64,000 nt of DNA from Methanobacteriota archaeon (GCA_043799545.1 JAZDNO010000006.1:128001-192000); one strand, 5' to 3'; numbered from the stretch's first letter, positions 35,657-45,011 are shown. Notes: generated from the sequence alone by a model not told the origin. Translations and numbers: made by a program.

Positions 35657-36010
35657 TTATCATTTTATTGCATCCATGCGGCCGAGGGGAAATTAAAACT
35701 TAGCTGACATGAAGATGCAATTCGTTTTAGTTTTTCCCTCAGAAAGATGCAGTTCGGCACATGATATTTCTTCGGTCGCCCCCTCGGCCTTATCATTTTA
35801 TTGCATCCATGCGGCCGAGGGGAGACTAAATCTAAGATAACACTCTGATTTCATTCGATTTAGTCTTTCCCTCGGCAAGAAATCCTAAATGGCTTCCTTG
35901 CCTCGGTCGCCCCCTCCTATGCCAGAGCATCCATCAGCAGGTTATCTCGGAATTGTGTTGGGAAATGGTTTCCTTGCCTCGGTCGCCCCCCTCCTATGCC
36001 AGAGCATCCA
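35643..36010 (+). repeat. tRNA-Cys 3'-end-derived tandem/fold-back array
   Basis: Identical 48-mers at 35643-35690 and 35776-35823. Near-identical 47/48-mers at 35887-35933 and 35963-36010. TCGCCCCC(C)TC occurs four times. Internal inverted repeats have 23-24 nt loops. Confidence 0.9.
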
Positions 36011-36034
36011 AACACAAGGAGTAGTCGAGGGCTC

Positions 36035-37432
36035 TCATTTGCCCGGCGGCTCGACGTGGATGATGACGTGGTCGATTCCCCGGATTTCGTCGCGGATGAC
36101 CCTCTCCAGCATGGTGGAAATCTCGTGCGCCATGTCCAAGGTTTCGTCCGCCAGCAGCTCGCAGTGCATGTTCACGGAAAGCTTTCCCTCGGCCTTCCGG
36201 ACTAGGATGTCGTGGCATCCCTTTATGCGCGGGTATCTCCCGACTATGTCTACCACTTCCTTGACGACGTGCGCGTAATCCTCCGTCAAGTCCTGGCCTA
36301 CTGAAATATCGCAAACGTGCGTCTCGATGTGGGTGTTTATCTCACCGATTCCTAGGGTCGCCCTGGCATTCGTTTCGAACTCGTCGACGATGTCGTGCGC
36401 CTCCTTGACAGTATGCTTGGGGTCGAGCTCCAGGTGCAGGTCCACGGATATTAGCGAATCGATCTCGTGCATCTCGATGTTGTGGACCCCCTTGATGCCC
36501 TTCACCTTCAGGGCGATGAGGCTTACCTGGCTCGGCAAATCTTCGTCAGGGCTCTCGCGCGGCTCGACCTGCACGACCACGTCCGCGCCCTCAAGCACCT
36601 CCCTCGCAGCATCCTCCACCATTTTGATTATTTCGCTGGAGGAATCGAGGGGCATGTTCCTGTCCAGGGATATCTTCACGTCCACGAATGCGTAGGGGCC
36701 GGAGGTCCTGGCCCTCACCCTCTCGCACCTGACGTTCTCTATGGCCTCGACATTGGACCGTATCGCGTCTATCTTGCCCTCCGGAGCCTTGTCCATCAGG
36801 TGGTCCATCGTTCGCTTGCCGAGCCTTATCGAGACGACAGTCACCAGCATCGCGACGCCCAGCGCCGCTATCGGGTCGCCGATGGGGAATCCCATCTTGA
36901 CGAAAACCAGGCCGGCGATGACGACGGACGAGCTCAGTATGTCGCTGGAGAAATGAAGCGCGTCGGCTTCCAGCGCCTGAGAGTTGTACTTCTTTGCGGC
37001 GGCGTAGAGCGCGCGGGACCGGGAAACGTCGACGATGATGGATATCGACATCACGAGGAACGACGCCCAGCTTGCCTCGACGGCCGCTTCGTGGAAGAAT
37101 ATCCTGTTCATCGCCTCGTAGACAATCCAGAAACAGGTGAGGAGCAGGAGAATCGTCTCTATCAGGGCCGAAAAGTTCTCCACCTTGCCGTGGCCGAAAG
37201 GATGGTCGTCGTCCGCTGGCTTGACCGCAGAAATCACTGCCACCATCGTTATGGCCGCCGCGACGAAATCCAGCCCCGAGTGCAGGGCCTCCGAGAGAAT
37301 TCCAAGGCTGTTGGTGATTATCCCGACGTACAATTTGAAGAGGAGGAGAAATATCGCCGCCACTACGGAACTCAATGCGACTCGTTGCTTCGGGTCGTCC
37401 CAGATTTCTCGCATCTTTTGCGACATTCCCAT
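36035..37432 (-). CDS. cation diffusion facilitator (FieF/CzcD family) with three C-terminal metal-binding/dimerisation domains
   Basis: EALHSGLD, HPFGHGKVE, ADALHFSSD and six TMs. Three tandem C-terminal domains ending VQVEP, THIET and IHVEP. Confidence 0.92.
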   Translation of the reverse strand: MGMSQKMREIWDDPKQRVALSSVVAAIFLLLFKLYVGIITNSLGILSEALHSGLDFVAAAITMVAVISAVKPADDDHPFGHGKVENFSALIETILLLLTCFWIVYEAMNRIFFHEAAVEASWASFLVMSISIIVDVSRSRALYAAAKKYNSQALEADALHFSSDILSSSVVIAGLVFVKMGFPIGDPIAALGVAMLVTVVSIRLGKRTMDHLMDKAPEGKIDAIRSNVEAIENVRCERVRARTSGPYAFVDVKISLDRNMPLDSSSEIIKMVEDAAREVLEGADVVVQVEPRESPDEDLPSQVSLIALKVKGIKGVHNIEMHEIDSLISVDLHLELDPKHTVKEAHDIVDEFETNARATLGIGEINTHIETHVCDISVGQDLTEDYAHVVKEVVDIVGRYPRIKGCHDILVRKAEGKLSVNMHCELLADETLDMAHEISTMLERVIRDEIRGIDHVIIHVEPPGK

Positions 37433-37546
37433 TTGAGGGTCCTCAGGCTACGAGCGCCGAACCCCCAACAAAGTCCAGAGATATAGGGATTACCGTTGGA
37501 ATTCCGCAGAAACGCATATTAGGCACAATGTTTCTCAGGAGGTTGC

Positions 37547-38506
37547 ATGCCCGAACCCGTTATCAAAGTCAGGAACCTGGTCAAGAAGTACGGAGATCTG
37601 GTCGCAGTCGACGGCATATCGTTCGACGTCCATCAGGGGGAGGTCTTCGCATTCCTCGGCCCTAACGGCGCCGGCAAGACGACGACCGTGGAGATTATCG
37701 AAACGATACGGGCTCACACCTCGGGCGAAGTCCTGCTTCTGGGGATGGACGTCTCGAAGAACAAGAAGAACATCGTGCCCAGGATCGGAGTGCTTCCCCA
37801 GCAATTCTCATCGTTCGACAGGATAACCGTCGAGGAAACCGTCCATTATTACGGAAGGCTCTTCGGCATGAAGAACGTGGACGTGGGCGGCCTCATCCAT
37901 CTTGTCAATCTCGATGACAAAAAGAAGGAGATGTACAAGAACCTCTCCGGCGGACTGAAGCAGCGTCTCGGCATAGCCATCGCCCTGGTCAACGACCCGG
38001 AGATCGTGTTCCTGGACGAGCCGACCACGGGCTTGGACCCGCGCGCCAGGCACGAGGTGTGGGAAGTTCTGGAAGGACTGAAGAAGCAGGGCAAGACAAT
38101 CTTCCTCACGACGCACTACATGGAGGAGGCCGAGCTTCTGGCGGACAACCTCGCGATAATATCCAAGGGCAAGATAATCGAGACTGGCTCGCCCGAGAAA
38201 GTGGTGCAGAAGAACGCCAAGTACCAGCTCCTGACCCTCAGGGGAGTCGATGACGCGGCATTCAATCTGATTGCCGGGATGGGCTTCGAGCCGAACAGGA
38301 ACAACCACAAGAACATCTGCGTCAAGGTGGCGAAGACGGACGACGTCCTGGCGATTCTGGAGAAGCTCAAGGATTCGAAGGCCGGATACGTCAGCTTCGA
38401 CGTGCGGATGCCGAATCTGGAGGAGGTCTTCCTAATGCTGACCGGGGAGGCGCTGGCGACCGAGGCGGACATCGTCGCGAAGGCGGGAAAGAAAGGGGGG
38501 AAATAG
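37547..38506 (+). CDS. ABC-2 type transporter ATP-binding protein
   Basis: GPNGAGKTT, LSGGLKQR, FLDEPTTGLD, TTHYMEEA. Confidence 0.95.
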   Translation: MPEPVIKVRNLVKKYGDLVAVDGISFDVHQGEVFAFLGPNGAGKTTTVEIIETIRAHTSGEVLLLGMDVSKNKKNIVPRIGVLPQQFSSFDRITVEETVHYYGRLFGMKNVDVGGLIHLVNLDDKKKEMYKNLSGGLKQRLGIAIALVNDPEIVFLDEPTTGLDPRARHEVWEVLEGLKKQGKTIFLTTHYMEEAELLADNLAIISKGKIIETGSPEKVVQKNAKYQLLTLRGVDDAAFNLIAGMGFEPNRNNHKNICVKVAKTDDVLAILEKLKDSKAGYVSFDVRMPNLEEVFLMLTGEALATEADIVAKAGKKGGK

Positions 38507-39619
38507 GTGCGGTTGCAAGTCATATGGGCCAACCTGATAGTCAACGTCAAGAGCTTCTACCGCGAGAAGGCCGCCGTCTTCTTCACCATCGCGTTCCCCA
38601 TCATGCTCATCCTCCTCTTCGGGGCGATTTTCTCAAACACCAGCGAGATTGTCTTCGACCTTCACGTCCAGGACATGGACGGTACGAATTCGTCCGCTGA
38701 GCTTGTTAAATCCCTGGAGCTCGACGGGACGTTCATCATCACCTCCGTCGACCCGGGCGAGAACGCCACGACATATGCAAACGACAACGGCGTGAATCTC
38801 GTTTTGATTATTCCGGATGGCTACGAGGACGCCCTGGTCCAGCGCACTGTCTACCACAACATGAGCTCATCCGTGCAGTTCACGTACATCCAGGACCCGA
38901 GCGCCAGCGCGGTCCAGACGAAGCTGCAGATTATCGATTCGGTCATCAACGGCATGAACCAGGGCTTGTCAGGGAGCGCGCCCTTCATCGTTGTCACAAG
39001 CGAATCGATATACACCAAGGAGTACAGCTACATCGACTTCTTCGCGCCCGGCATCATCGCCATGTCCGTCATGACGTCGAGCCTATTCGGGGCCGTGAAC
39101 ATAAACGCGGAGCTGCGGCAGAAGGGGGTGCTGAGAAAGCTCTCCACCACGCCGATAACGCAGACGGAGTGGATACTTTCCAACATCATGTACCAGATAA
39201 TACTCGCCTTCATCTCGACGTCTGCGATTCTGCTTGTGGCGTACGGGGCATTCGGGGTGCACTTCAACCTCAACGGCTGGCTGCTGGTTTTCGTCATCCT
39301 CGACGTCTTCGCCTTCGCCGGGATAGGGATGCTGCTGACAAGGCTCGCCAAGGAGGCCGAGAGCGCCGCCGCGGCCGCAAACGCCGTGATGTTTCCGATG
39401 ATGTTCCTCAGTGGCTCGTTCTTCCAGCTCGAGATGATGCCCTCGTTCCTGCAAACACTGGCGAGATTCCTCCCGCTGTATTACGTGAACGAGGGGCTGA
39501 GGGCGTCGATGGTGTCTTTGAAATGGGACTACGTGTACTCGCACGCGGCCGTCATCGCCGTATTCGCGGGAGTGATGTTCGTCCTCGGGATAATCTTCAC
39601 GAGCTGGAAAGAGGACTGA
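38507..39619 (+). CDS. ABC-2 type transporter permease
   Basis: FFTIAFPIML, extracellular domain, YIDFFAPGI, FLSGSFF, LPLYY. GTG start directly after the ATPase stop. Confidence 0.93.
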   Translation: MRLQVIWANLIVNVKSFYREKAAVFFTIAFPIMLILLFGAIFSNTSEIVFDLHVQDMDGTNSSAELVKSLELDGTFIITSVDPGENATTYANDNGVNLVLIIPDGYEDALVQRTVYHNMSSSVQFTYIQDPSASAVQTKLQIIDSVINGMNQGLSGSAPFIVVTSESIYTKEYSYIDFFAPGIIAMSVMTSSLFGAVNINAELRQKGVLRKLSTTPITQTEWILSNIMYQIILAFISTSAILLVAYGAFGVHFNLNGWLLVFVILDVFAFAGIGMLLTRLAKEAESAAAAANAVMFPMMFLSGSFFQLEMMPSFLQTLARFLPLYYVNEGLRASMVSLKWDYVYSHAAVIAVFAGVMFVLGIIFTSWKED

Positions 39620-39644
39620 ATTCGCGCGGAGTGCTTTACCAATA

Positions 39645-40070
39645 TCAGACTATCTTCGCCTTGCGCCTGCTCTCCCTGGCCGCGCAATCGACCTTCTCCC
39701 CAAGCTCCAGCACCTGGAGCTTCGCGCCCTTCTCGACTCCCGGCGGCAAGCAGAGGCGGTAGTGCGCGCACGCGACCCGCTTGCAGTCGCTCATCGACAG
39801 AGTGATGGCCGAGCCCTCCACAAGGCCCTTGTCCGGTACGCAGGCCTCGAAGGGAATCTCCTCGACCTCCACGACCTGGACGCCTCCCTCGTGGACCTTG
39901 CAGGCGTGCCTGACCTTGCGCCCGCTCACCACTCGGTACCTCTTCCCCTTCACGAGGCCGAAGCACACGTTCTTCACCTTGCATTCCTTGCACTCGGCCA
40001 GAGGACCCAGGTAGACGAACTCGTACCCCGGCTCCACGAGCCTCTCCCCCACGACTGTCAGAAGCACCAT
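39645..40070 (-). CDS. UPF0179 family protein
   Basis: MVLLTVVG..L...G.EF...G...EC..C....VC, H.C.VH, C....C..Y..C. ATG overlaps the egsA stop (TGATG). Confidence 0.85.
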   Translation of the reverse strand: MVLLTVVGERLVEPGYEFVYLGPLAECKECKVKNVCFGLVKGKRYRVVSGRKVRHACKVHEGGVQVVEVEEIPFEACVPDKGLVEGSAITLSMSDCKRVACAHYRLCLPPGVEKGAKLQVLELGEKVDCAARESRRKAKIV

Positions 40071-41143
40071 CAAATCACCTTCGTCGATTTCGCCAGATTT
40101 TCTGCAGCGTCCAGAGTCAGGCCGTTGTCTCCGAGTATCGTGTACCTTTCGGGCCGCACTTCGTGCGCGTGGCAAAGCGCCTGCACGACTTCGTCGGGGG
40201 CGATGCCGATCTCCTTGGCCATCGTCGGGGCGCCGACGGCCTTGAGCGCGTTTCGGATTCCCTGCCAGTCACCGCCGTGGAGGTACATCATCATTATCGA
40301 GCCGACGCCGCACTGCTCGCCGTGGAGCGCTGGCGTCGCGGCAATCTCGTCCAATTTGTGGGAGAACGCGTGCTCCGCCCCACTTGCGGGGCGCGAGGAG
40401 CCGGCGATGCTCATCGCAACGCCCGAGGAGACCAGGGCCTTGACGACGAACCACGCCGATTCCTCCAGCCCGGGCTTGATGCTCTCCGCCTGCTCGATGA
40501 GGAGCCTGGCGGTCATCTCCGAGAGCGAGGCGGCGTAGGACGAGAAGTACTCGTGCTTTATCCTGTGGGCCAGCTTCCAATCGAGGACCGCGGTGTAGTT
40601 GGAGATGATGTCCCCGCAGCCGGCGGCCAGCAGCCTCGCCGGCGCCCTGCATATTATGCCCGTGTCGGCGACGAGGGCGAGGGGCGGGTGCGCGCTGAGC
40701 GACTCCTTGCGCCCTTTGGCGTTTATCACGGACGCCCGCGACGAGACTATTCCGTCGTGCGAGGCCGCGGTCGGGACGCTGAGAAACGGCATCTTGAGGT
40801 TGAAGGAGGCGCACTTCGCGACGTCTATCGGGCGGCCTCCGCCGACCCCGAGCATGAACCTGGCGCCCGAGCTTTTGGCGGCTTCCATCGCGCCGTTGAT
40901 GGACGGCTCGTCCGCCTCTGTAATCTGGAGGTGCTCGACGCAGTATCCAGCCTCGCGGAGCAGTTCCGAAACGCGGTCGCCAGCAATTTTTACTGTGACG
41001 CTGTCGCATATGACCAGCGCGGTGCCGTTGAGGCCGAGCGCCTTGCAGGTCCGGCCCACCTCGCCCAGGGCGTCGTGGCCCACGACCACGCTGCGCGGCA
41101 GCTCCATTACCTTGAACTTTTCGAATCCGTCCATCTGAGCCAT
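40070..41143 (-). CDS. egsA: sn-glycerol-1-phosphate dehydrogenase
   Basis: GVGGGRPIDVAK, PTAASHDGI.S, GCGDIISN, PASGAEH.FSH, LHGEQCG. Confidence 0.95.
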   Translation of the reverse strand: MAQMDGFEKFKVMELPRSVVVGHDALGEVGRTCKALGLNGTALVICDSVTVKIAGDRVSELLREAGYCVEHLQITEADEPSINGAMEAAKSSGARFMLGVGGGRPIDVAKCASFNLKMPFLSVPTAASHDGIVSSRASVINAKGRKESLSAHPPLALVADTGIICRAPARLLAAGCGDIISNYTAVLDWKLAHRIKHEYFSSYAASLSEMTARLLIEQAESIKPGLEESAWFVVKALVSSGVAMSIAGSSRPASGAEHAFSHKLDEIAATPALHGEQCGVGSIMMMYLHGGDWQGIRNALKAVGAPTMAKEIGIAPDEVVQALCHAHEVRPERYTILGDNGLTLDAAENLAKSTKVI

Positions 41144-41173
41144 TAACCTTCTCCCATCATTTCAAGCTATCGC

Positions 41174-41941
41174 CTACCGCTTTCCTATCACCATGCCGAC
41201 CGGGTCGATGTCGCGAAGCTTCTTGAGCTCGTCGGCTTTCGGCTCCGGCGTCGTTTCCACGTTGGGGGCGACCCTCAGGGGGAAGCCGCTGTTCTGCCTC
41301 GCCTGCTCGACCGTCACTCCAGGATGGAGCGAAAGCAGGGTCATCTCCTTAGTCTCTGCGTCGAAGCCGTATATGCCCAGCTGGGTTATCACGCGGTAAG
41401 GCCCGCTGTCCTCCGGCAGCCCCGCGCGCTCCCTCGCCCCCGGCCCCGACAGGTAGCCTGGCGTAGTCAGGAAATCGACCTTCTCGACGAATTTGCGGGT
41501 GTCCTGGCGCATGACGACGATTGTCTTGTGGCACAGCGAGCCTACGTCGTTCGCGCCTCCGCTCCCAGGAAGCCTGGCCTTCGGCGCCGAGTGGGGGCCG
41601 ATGACCGTGGTGTTGATGTTCCCGAAGCGGTCTATCTGAGCCGCCCCGAGGAAGCCGTAGTCTATGTGCCCAGCCTGGCCAGCGGACATGACGTCGTGCA
41701 TGCTCGACGCCGCAACGGCGCGGTAGAAAGTCTTCGAGTCGCCCACCGATATCGGCAGCACTGGCACAATCGGCCCCATACCGCCCGCCTCGAACACGAT
41801 GAGGAGGTTCGGTGCGTGCGAGCGCTGCGCCAGCATCGCAGCAATCATCGGCAGGCCCGTTCCGACGAAGACGGACTTGCGGTCTTCCAGAACCCTCGAC
41901 GCCGCGCAGGCCAGCAGCTCGGTCGAGTTATAGTTTGCCAT
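41174..41941 (-). CDS. family I CoA-transferase beta subunit (glutaconate/3-oxoacid type)
   Basis: FVGTGLP, FLGAAQIDRFGNINTT, RLPGSGGAND, SLHPGVT. Confidence 0.9.
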   Translation of the reverse strand: MANYNSTELLACAASRVLEDRKSVFVGTGLPMIAAMLAQRSHAPNLLIVFEAGGMGPIVPVLPISVGDSKTFYRAVAASSMHDVMSAGQAGHIDYGFLGAAQIDRFGNINTTVIGPHSAPKARLPGSGGANDVGSLCHKTIVVMRQDTRKFVEKVDFLTTPGYLSGPGARERAGLPEDSGPYRVITQLGIYGFDAETKEMTLLSLHPGVTVEQARQNSGFPLRVAPNVETTPEPKADELKKLRDIDPVGMVIGKR

Positions 41942-41942
41942 G

Positions 41943-42968
41943 TCATCCCTCCTTCAGCCAGGGGGCTTTCATCGGCTGCTTCATCAGCTCAACGTCGCGC
42001 AGGTAGCTCATCTGCTCGGCTCCACCGATCAGCTTCAGGTACTGGGCGAAGTCGTCAGAGCCGTGGACGTATTTGTCAAAGTATTTTTGTGCGCCCTCGT
42101 CCGTTTTCGAGACCGAGAGCCACTCCCCTATGTGCTCCTCGTCGAAGAAATATTGCAGCGGCATCTGGCACGGGTGCGAGCCGAACTTCGATTCGACCAC
42201 CGCGTCGACCAGGAAGTGGGGTATCGCCGTCTGCCAGGGCTTGGCGCGGATTTCCTCGGTGTCTATGATTTTTTCGGTCGTTATTACGAGCCTCCGGGCC
42301 GCTCTGGCCAGCTCGAAGTCCTCTATCATGATTCCGTCGATTTGCGCGTTGCCGAAGATGTCGCATCGGGGGACGTGGATGAACGCGACGTCCGGGTAGC
42401 AGGCCGGGAGAAGGCAAATCGGCTTTCCGCTCCAAGGGTCCGTGACGACCTTCGCCGAGCTCTTGCGCAGAGTGTCCGTGCCGAGCATCGTCCTGGCCGG
42501 TACGAACGGCACGCCCATCGAGGCGGCGAGGAAGCGCCACTGGTATCCGGCGTTGCTGATTTCTCCGAGGACCTTGCATTTTCCGGTCTCCACTGCGCGG
42601 CGCGAAGCGGGAGACAGCCCCCTCAGCTCGTGCCCGAAGGAGTAGGCGACCTCGATTTGGTCGACGACGCCCGCGCCGATGAGTATGTCGCAGTCGTGCA
42701 CGGCCGTCTTGCCGGCGATGGTCAGGCCCTTTTTGTGCTGGCGTATCATCTCGTAAACGGCTTCCATAGAGACCCTGATGTGGCCGAAGCCGCCCATCGC
42801 CAGGAACGAGCCGTCGGCGGCGAATTTCCTTACGGCCTCGGATATTGGCATGCGCTTGTCAACGAGGTCGCGGCGCTTGTTCTCCTGGACCCAGCGCCTC
42901 GCCTCGTCCGGGTCGTGCCAGCCGACGAGGGCGCCCTCGCCCTGCTCCAGGATTTCCATGGTAATCAC
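41943..42968 (-). CDS. family I CoA-transferase alpha subunit
   Basis: DG...MGGF, AASMGVPF.P, PDVAFIH....D.FGN, GSHP. Adjacent to the beta subunit. Confidence 0.9.
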   Translation of the reverse strand: MITMEILEQGEGALVGWHDPDEARRWVQENKRRDLVDKRMPISEAVRKFAADGSFLAMGGFGHIRVSMEAVYEMIRQHKKGLTIAGKTAVHDCDILIGAGVVDQIEVAYSFGHELRGLSPASRRAVETGKCKVLGEISNAGYQWRFLAASMGVPFVPARTMLGTDTLRKSSAKVVTDPWSGKPICLLPACYPDVAFIHVPRCDIFGNAQIDGIMIEDFELARAARRLVITTEKIIDTEEIRAKPWQTAIPHFLVDAVVESKFGSHPCQMPLQYFFDEEHIGEWLSVSKTDEGAQKYFDKYVHGSDDFAQYLKLIGGAEQMSYLRDVELMKQPMKAPWLKEG

Positions 42969-43059
42969 ACCATGAATGGGGGGGGGATATAATAAAATTA
43001 GGAGAGGTAGAAAGGGATTTTATCTTCGGCCTAGAAGCTCTATTACCTCTGCCCGTCGC

Positions 43060-43557
43060 TCACGAGCGTACCGGCAACGATCGGGTCCACGGTTCCCGTA
43101 CCGCCGCAACATCCTTTGCTGTGGCCATCCTTCGCAACTGGATGCGAAGAAGGAGCTTATGCGTTTTTTCGAACTGAACGAGTTCCTGCAAGAGATTTTT
43201 TACTTTTTCATCCACGGCTAAGAGAAGCGCGTTGCCATAGGTGGCGAGAATTCTATCCTCCAGGCGTATCGAGAACTCGATGATGTCTCTGGAATTGCCT
43301 TTGATGAGATCTTCGGCGTCGTCGAACAGGGGGTCTGTATCATCGGCACCATTTGAACCCCGAGGGGTGTACATCCCGAGGTAGCTGCCAAGGATGTTCA
43401 CGTGGGACATCTCGTCCTTTGCAAGTTGCTCAAACAACGCCTTCCTCTCGGTATCGTCGGCCGTGCGCGAGAGCGCTCCATAGAAATCTGCGCCTCTGCG
43501 TTCGATGATATATGCAGTCCTAAGTATGGTCTTGATTTGCTGTTCTGGGTCTACCAT
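43060..43557 (-). CDS. ferritin-like (rubrerythrin-type) protein
   Basis: A..IE..G..FY, LA.DE..H, I..E, L...E..H di-iron ligand pattern. Confidence 0.85.
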   Translation of the reverse strand: MVDPEQQIKTILRTAYIIERRGADFYGALSRTADDTERKALFEQLAKDEMSHVNILGSYLGMYTPRGSNGADDTDPLFDDAEDLIKGNSRDIIEFSIRLEDRILATYGNALLLAVDEKVKNLLQELVQFEKTHKLLLRIQLRRMATAKDVAAVREPWTRSLPVRS

Positions 43558-43579
43558 AGGGAATCTCCGGATGATTATT

Positions 43580-43711
43580 ATGGAAGGCAGATATAAGGGA
43601 CGCTCCGTGGTTATCTTCGGCGATAACAGGAGTCACCTGTTCGTGGTGGCGGGACCGGAGTTTGCATTCAAATATGATGGCATGGGGTACATGTACTGGC
43701 AAACCTTTTGA
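43580..43711 (+). CDS. possible 43-aa small protein
   Basis: ATG at 43580 fills the gap between neighbouring genes. No recognisable motif. Confidence 0.25.
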   Translation: MEGRYKGRSVVIFGDNRSHLFVVAGPEFAFKYDGMGYMYWQTF

Positions 43712-43773
43712 ACCATGCGCCGCCTGATTCCACCACCTACAAGGCAAAAGCGGTAGGCCGCGAAGTGAAAGCA

Positions 43774-43977
43774 ATGGCGAGAAACAACGAGAAAAACCCC
43801 TTAACAAATCCGTTACACAAGAAACCGTTGGAGCGAGACGAAATCGACGAAGTGATTGAGGTCGTGGCGAGGTTCGTGTCGCCAGGCGCGGACATCGAAA
43901 TTCTAAGGGCCTCTCCGTTCTATCAACCAGTGAGAGAGCGTGTGGCAATTCTTATAGGGGGACGCAAGAAAAAATAG
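43774..43977 (+). CDS. small hypothetical protein (about 67 aa)
   Basis: ATG at 43774 within track ORF 43708-43977; protein-like amphipathic composition. Confidence 0.4.
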   Translation: MARNNEKNPLTNPLHKKPLERDEIDEVIEVVARFVSPGADIEILRASPFYQPVRERVAILIGGRKKK

Positions 43978-43989
43978 CCGTCCAGCCCC

Positions 43990-44496
43990 TCAGATTGGAA
44001 CGGGAACCAGTGCCTGCTTTAAAGTGGCGGCCTTGCTGGAATCGAGCCCGGTTCCATGCAACGAGACTATGACGATTGCGTCGAAGTCCATTGCCTTGTC
44101 ACCCAGACTATAGAGGAACCGCACCAGGTCTTTGAACTCTTTCTCGACTAGGATGTAATCCAGTCCTTCCAGGAAAATACCGGCTTTAGGATGTTCGTCG
44201 ATGAAGTCGAAGATGACCTTCTGCAGCAGCCCGAGCTGGTCTGGCCTAAGGTTGCCTTTTCCCACGAGGGAACTCAATCTGAACGTTAGTTGGGGGGGCG
44301 CGTTGTCGACGAGAACCGGGGAGCGGCTCCGGGTTACGCATAATCCAGACCTGCCGCTATCTATGCATTGTTTGTACAGACACAACCCCGCCTCGCGCTC
44401 CCCGTCTAGGAAGATATGGCACCGCCCGCCGTTTTTCGCATCCGTCAGTGAATCCTCTCCTATCAAATTATACCGTTCGCTACAATATGATAGCAA
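43990..44496 (-). CDS. DUF835-like (inactive KaiC/RecA-fold) protein
   Basis: GLCVTRS, FI.EH....IFLEGLDYIL....F..LVRFL..L.D pattern typical of DUF835. Confidence 0.75.
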   Translation of the reverse strand: MLSYCSERYNLIGEDSLTDAKNGGRCHIFLDGEREAGLCLYKQCIDSGRSGLCVTRSRSPVLVDNAPPQLTFRLSSLVGKGNLRPDQLGLLQKVIFDFIDEHPKAGIFLEGLDYILVEKEFKDLVRFLYSLGDKAMDFDAIVIVSLHGTGLDSSKAATLKQALVPVPI

Positions 44497-44538
44497 AGAT
44501 AGATAAAAAAGTTTGCCATCATACGGCTATCTGAATCT

Positions 44539-44847
44539 ATGGCTCCCGATTCAAGTAATAGGACAAGGCCGAAGCGGAAGAGCGACGAGGTGAAGATCGA
44601 GATACTGAAGGCCTTGGATGACGGAAAGGTATACACGTTCTCCAGTTTATCAAAGAAACTGGGCACGGGATACGTCACAATAACCAGCAATTGCGAATTT
44701 CTTGATATGCTGGGTTTCGTCTCGTTGGCGGTCGTACCCGAAGGGGAGACTGCCAGCGGACGGAACCGCGCGTCGGTGCGGATAACAAAGAAGGGGCGCG
44801 CGTGGCTGGAAGGCGTCAACCGGCGGCGCATATCTCTCTCGCGGTAA
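44539..44847 (+). CDS. winged helix-turn-helix protein
   Basis: KIEILKAL....TFSSLSKKLGT....I...CEFL..LGFV, wing, and ITKKGR. Confidence 0.75.
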   Translation: MAPDSSNRTRPKRKSDEVKIEILKALDDGKVYTFSSLSKKLGTGYVTITSNCEFLDMLGFVSLAVVPEGETASGRNRASVRITKKGRAWLEGVNRRRISLSR

Positions 44848-45011
44848 CTTCACGATGGCCCCCTCCGATATTCATGCTGTCCACACCGTCAGGGGATAAT
44901 AAAATTAGGAAAGGGAATAAAGGATTTTTGAGTTCCGGGGTCGAATCCTACTTCAAACCCGGACCTCTTGAAGTTCGTTCGCGAACTTTGAGTCTTGTGC
45001 GCAAGCCTCTT

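Noticed and set aside
35379-35663. 95-aa N-terminal extension of the RAD55 ATPase (track ORF 34665-35663)
   Set aside because: It is the antisense translation of tRNA-Cys (IRPRGRFERPCTDLQS). The KaiC-like sequence begins at ATG 35378.
35643-36010. CRISPR array
   Set aside because: Only pairs of 47-48 bp repeats; the intervening segments are related and hairpin-forming; the repeats derive from the tRNA-Cys 3' end; no cas genes nearby.
38504-38509. Amber (pyrrolysine) read-through fusing ABC ATPase and permease (TAG followed by in-frame GTG)
   Set aside because: A G-rich SD lies 7 nt upstream of the GTG, separate ATPase and permease genes are the norm, and there are no pyl genes in the window.
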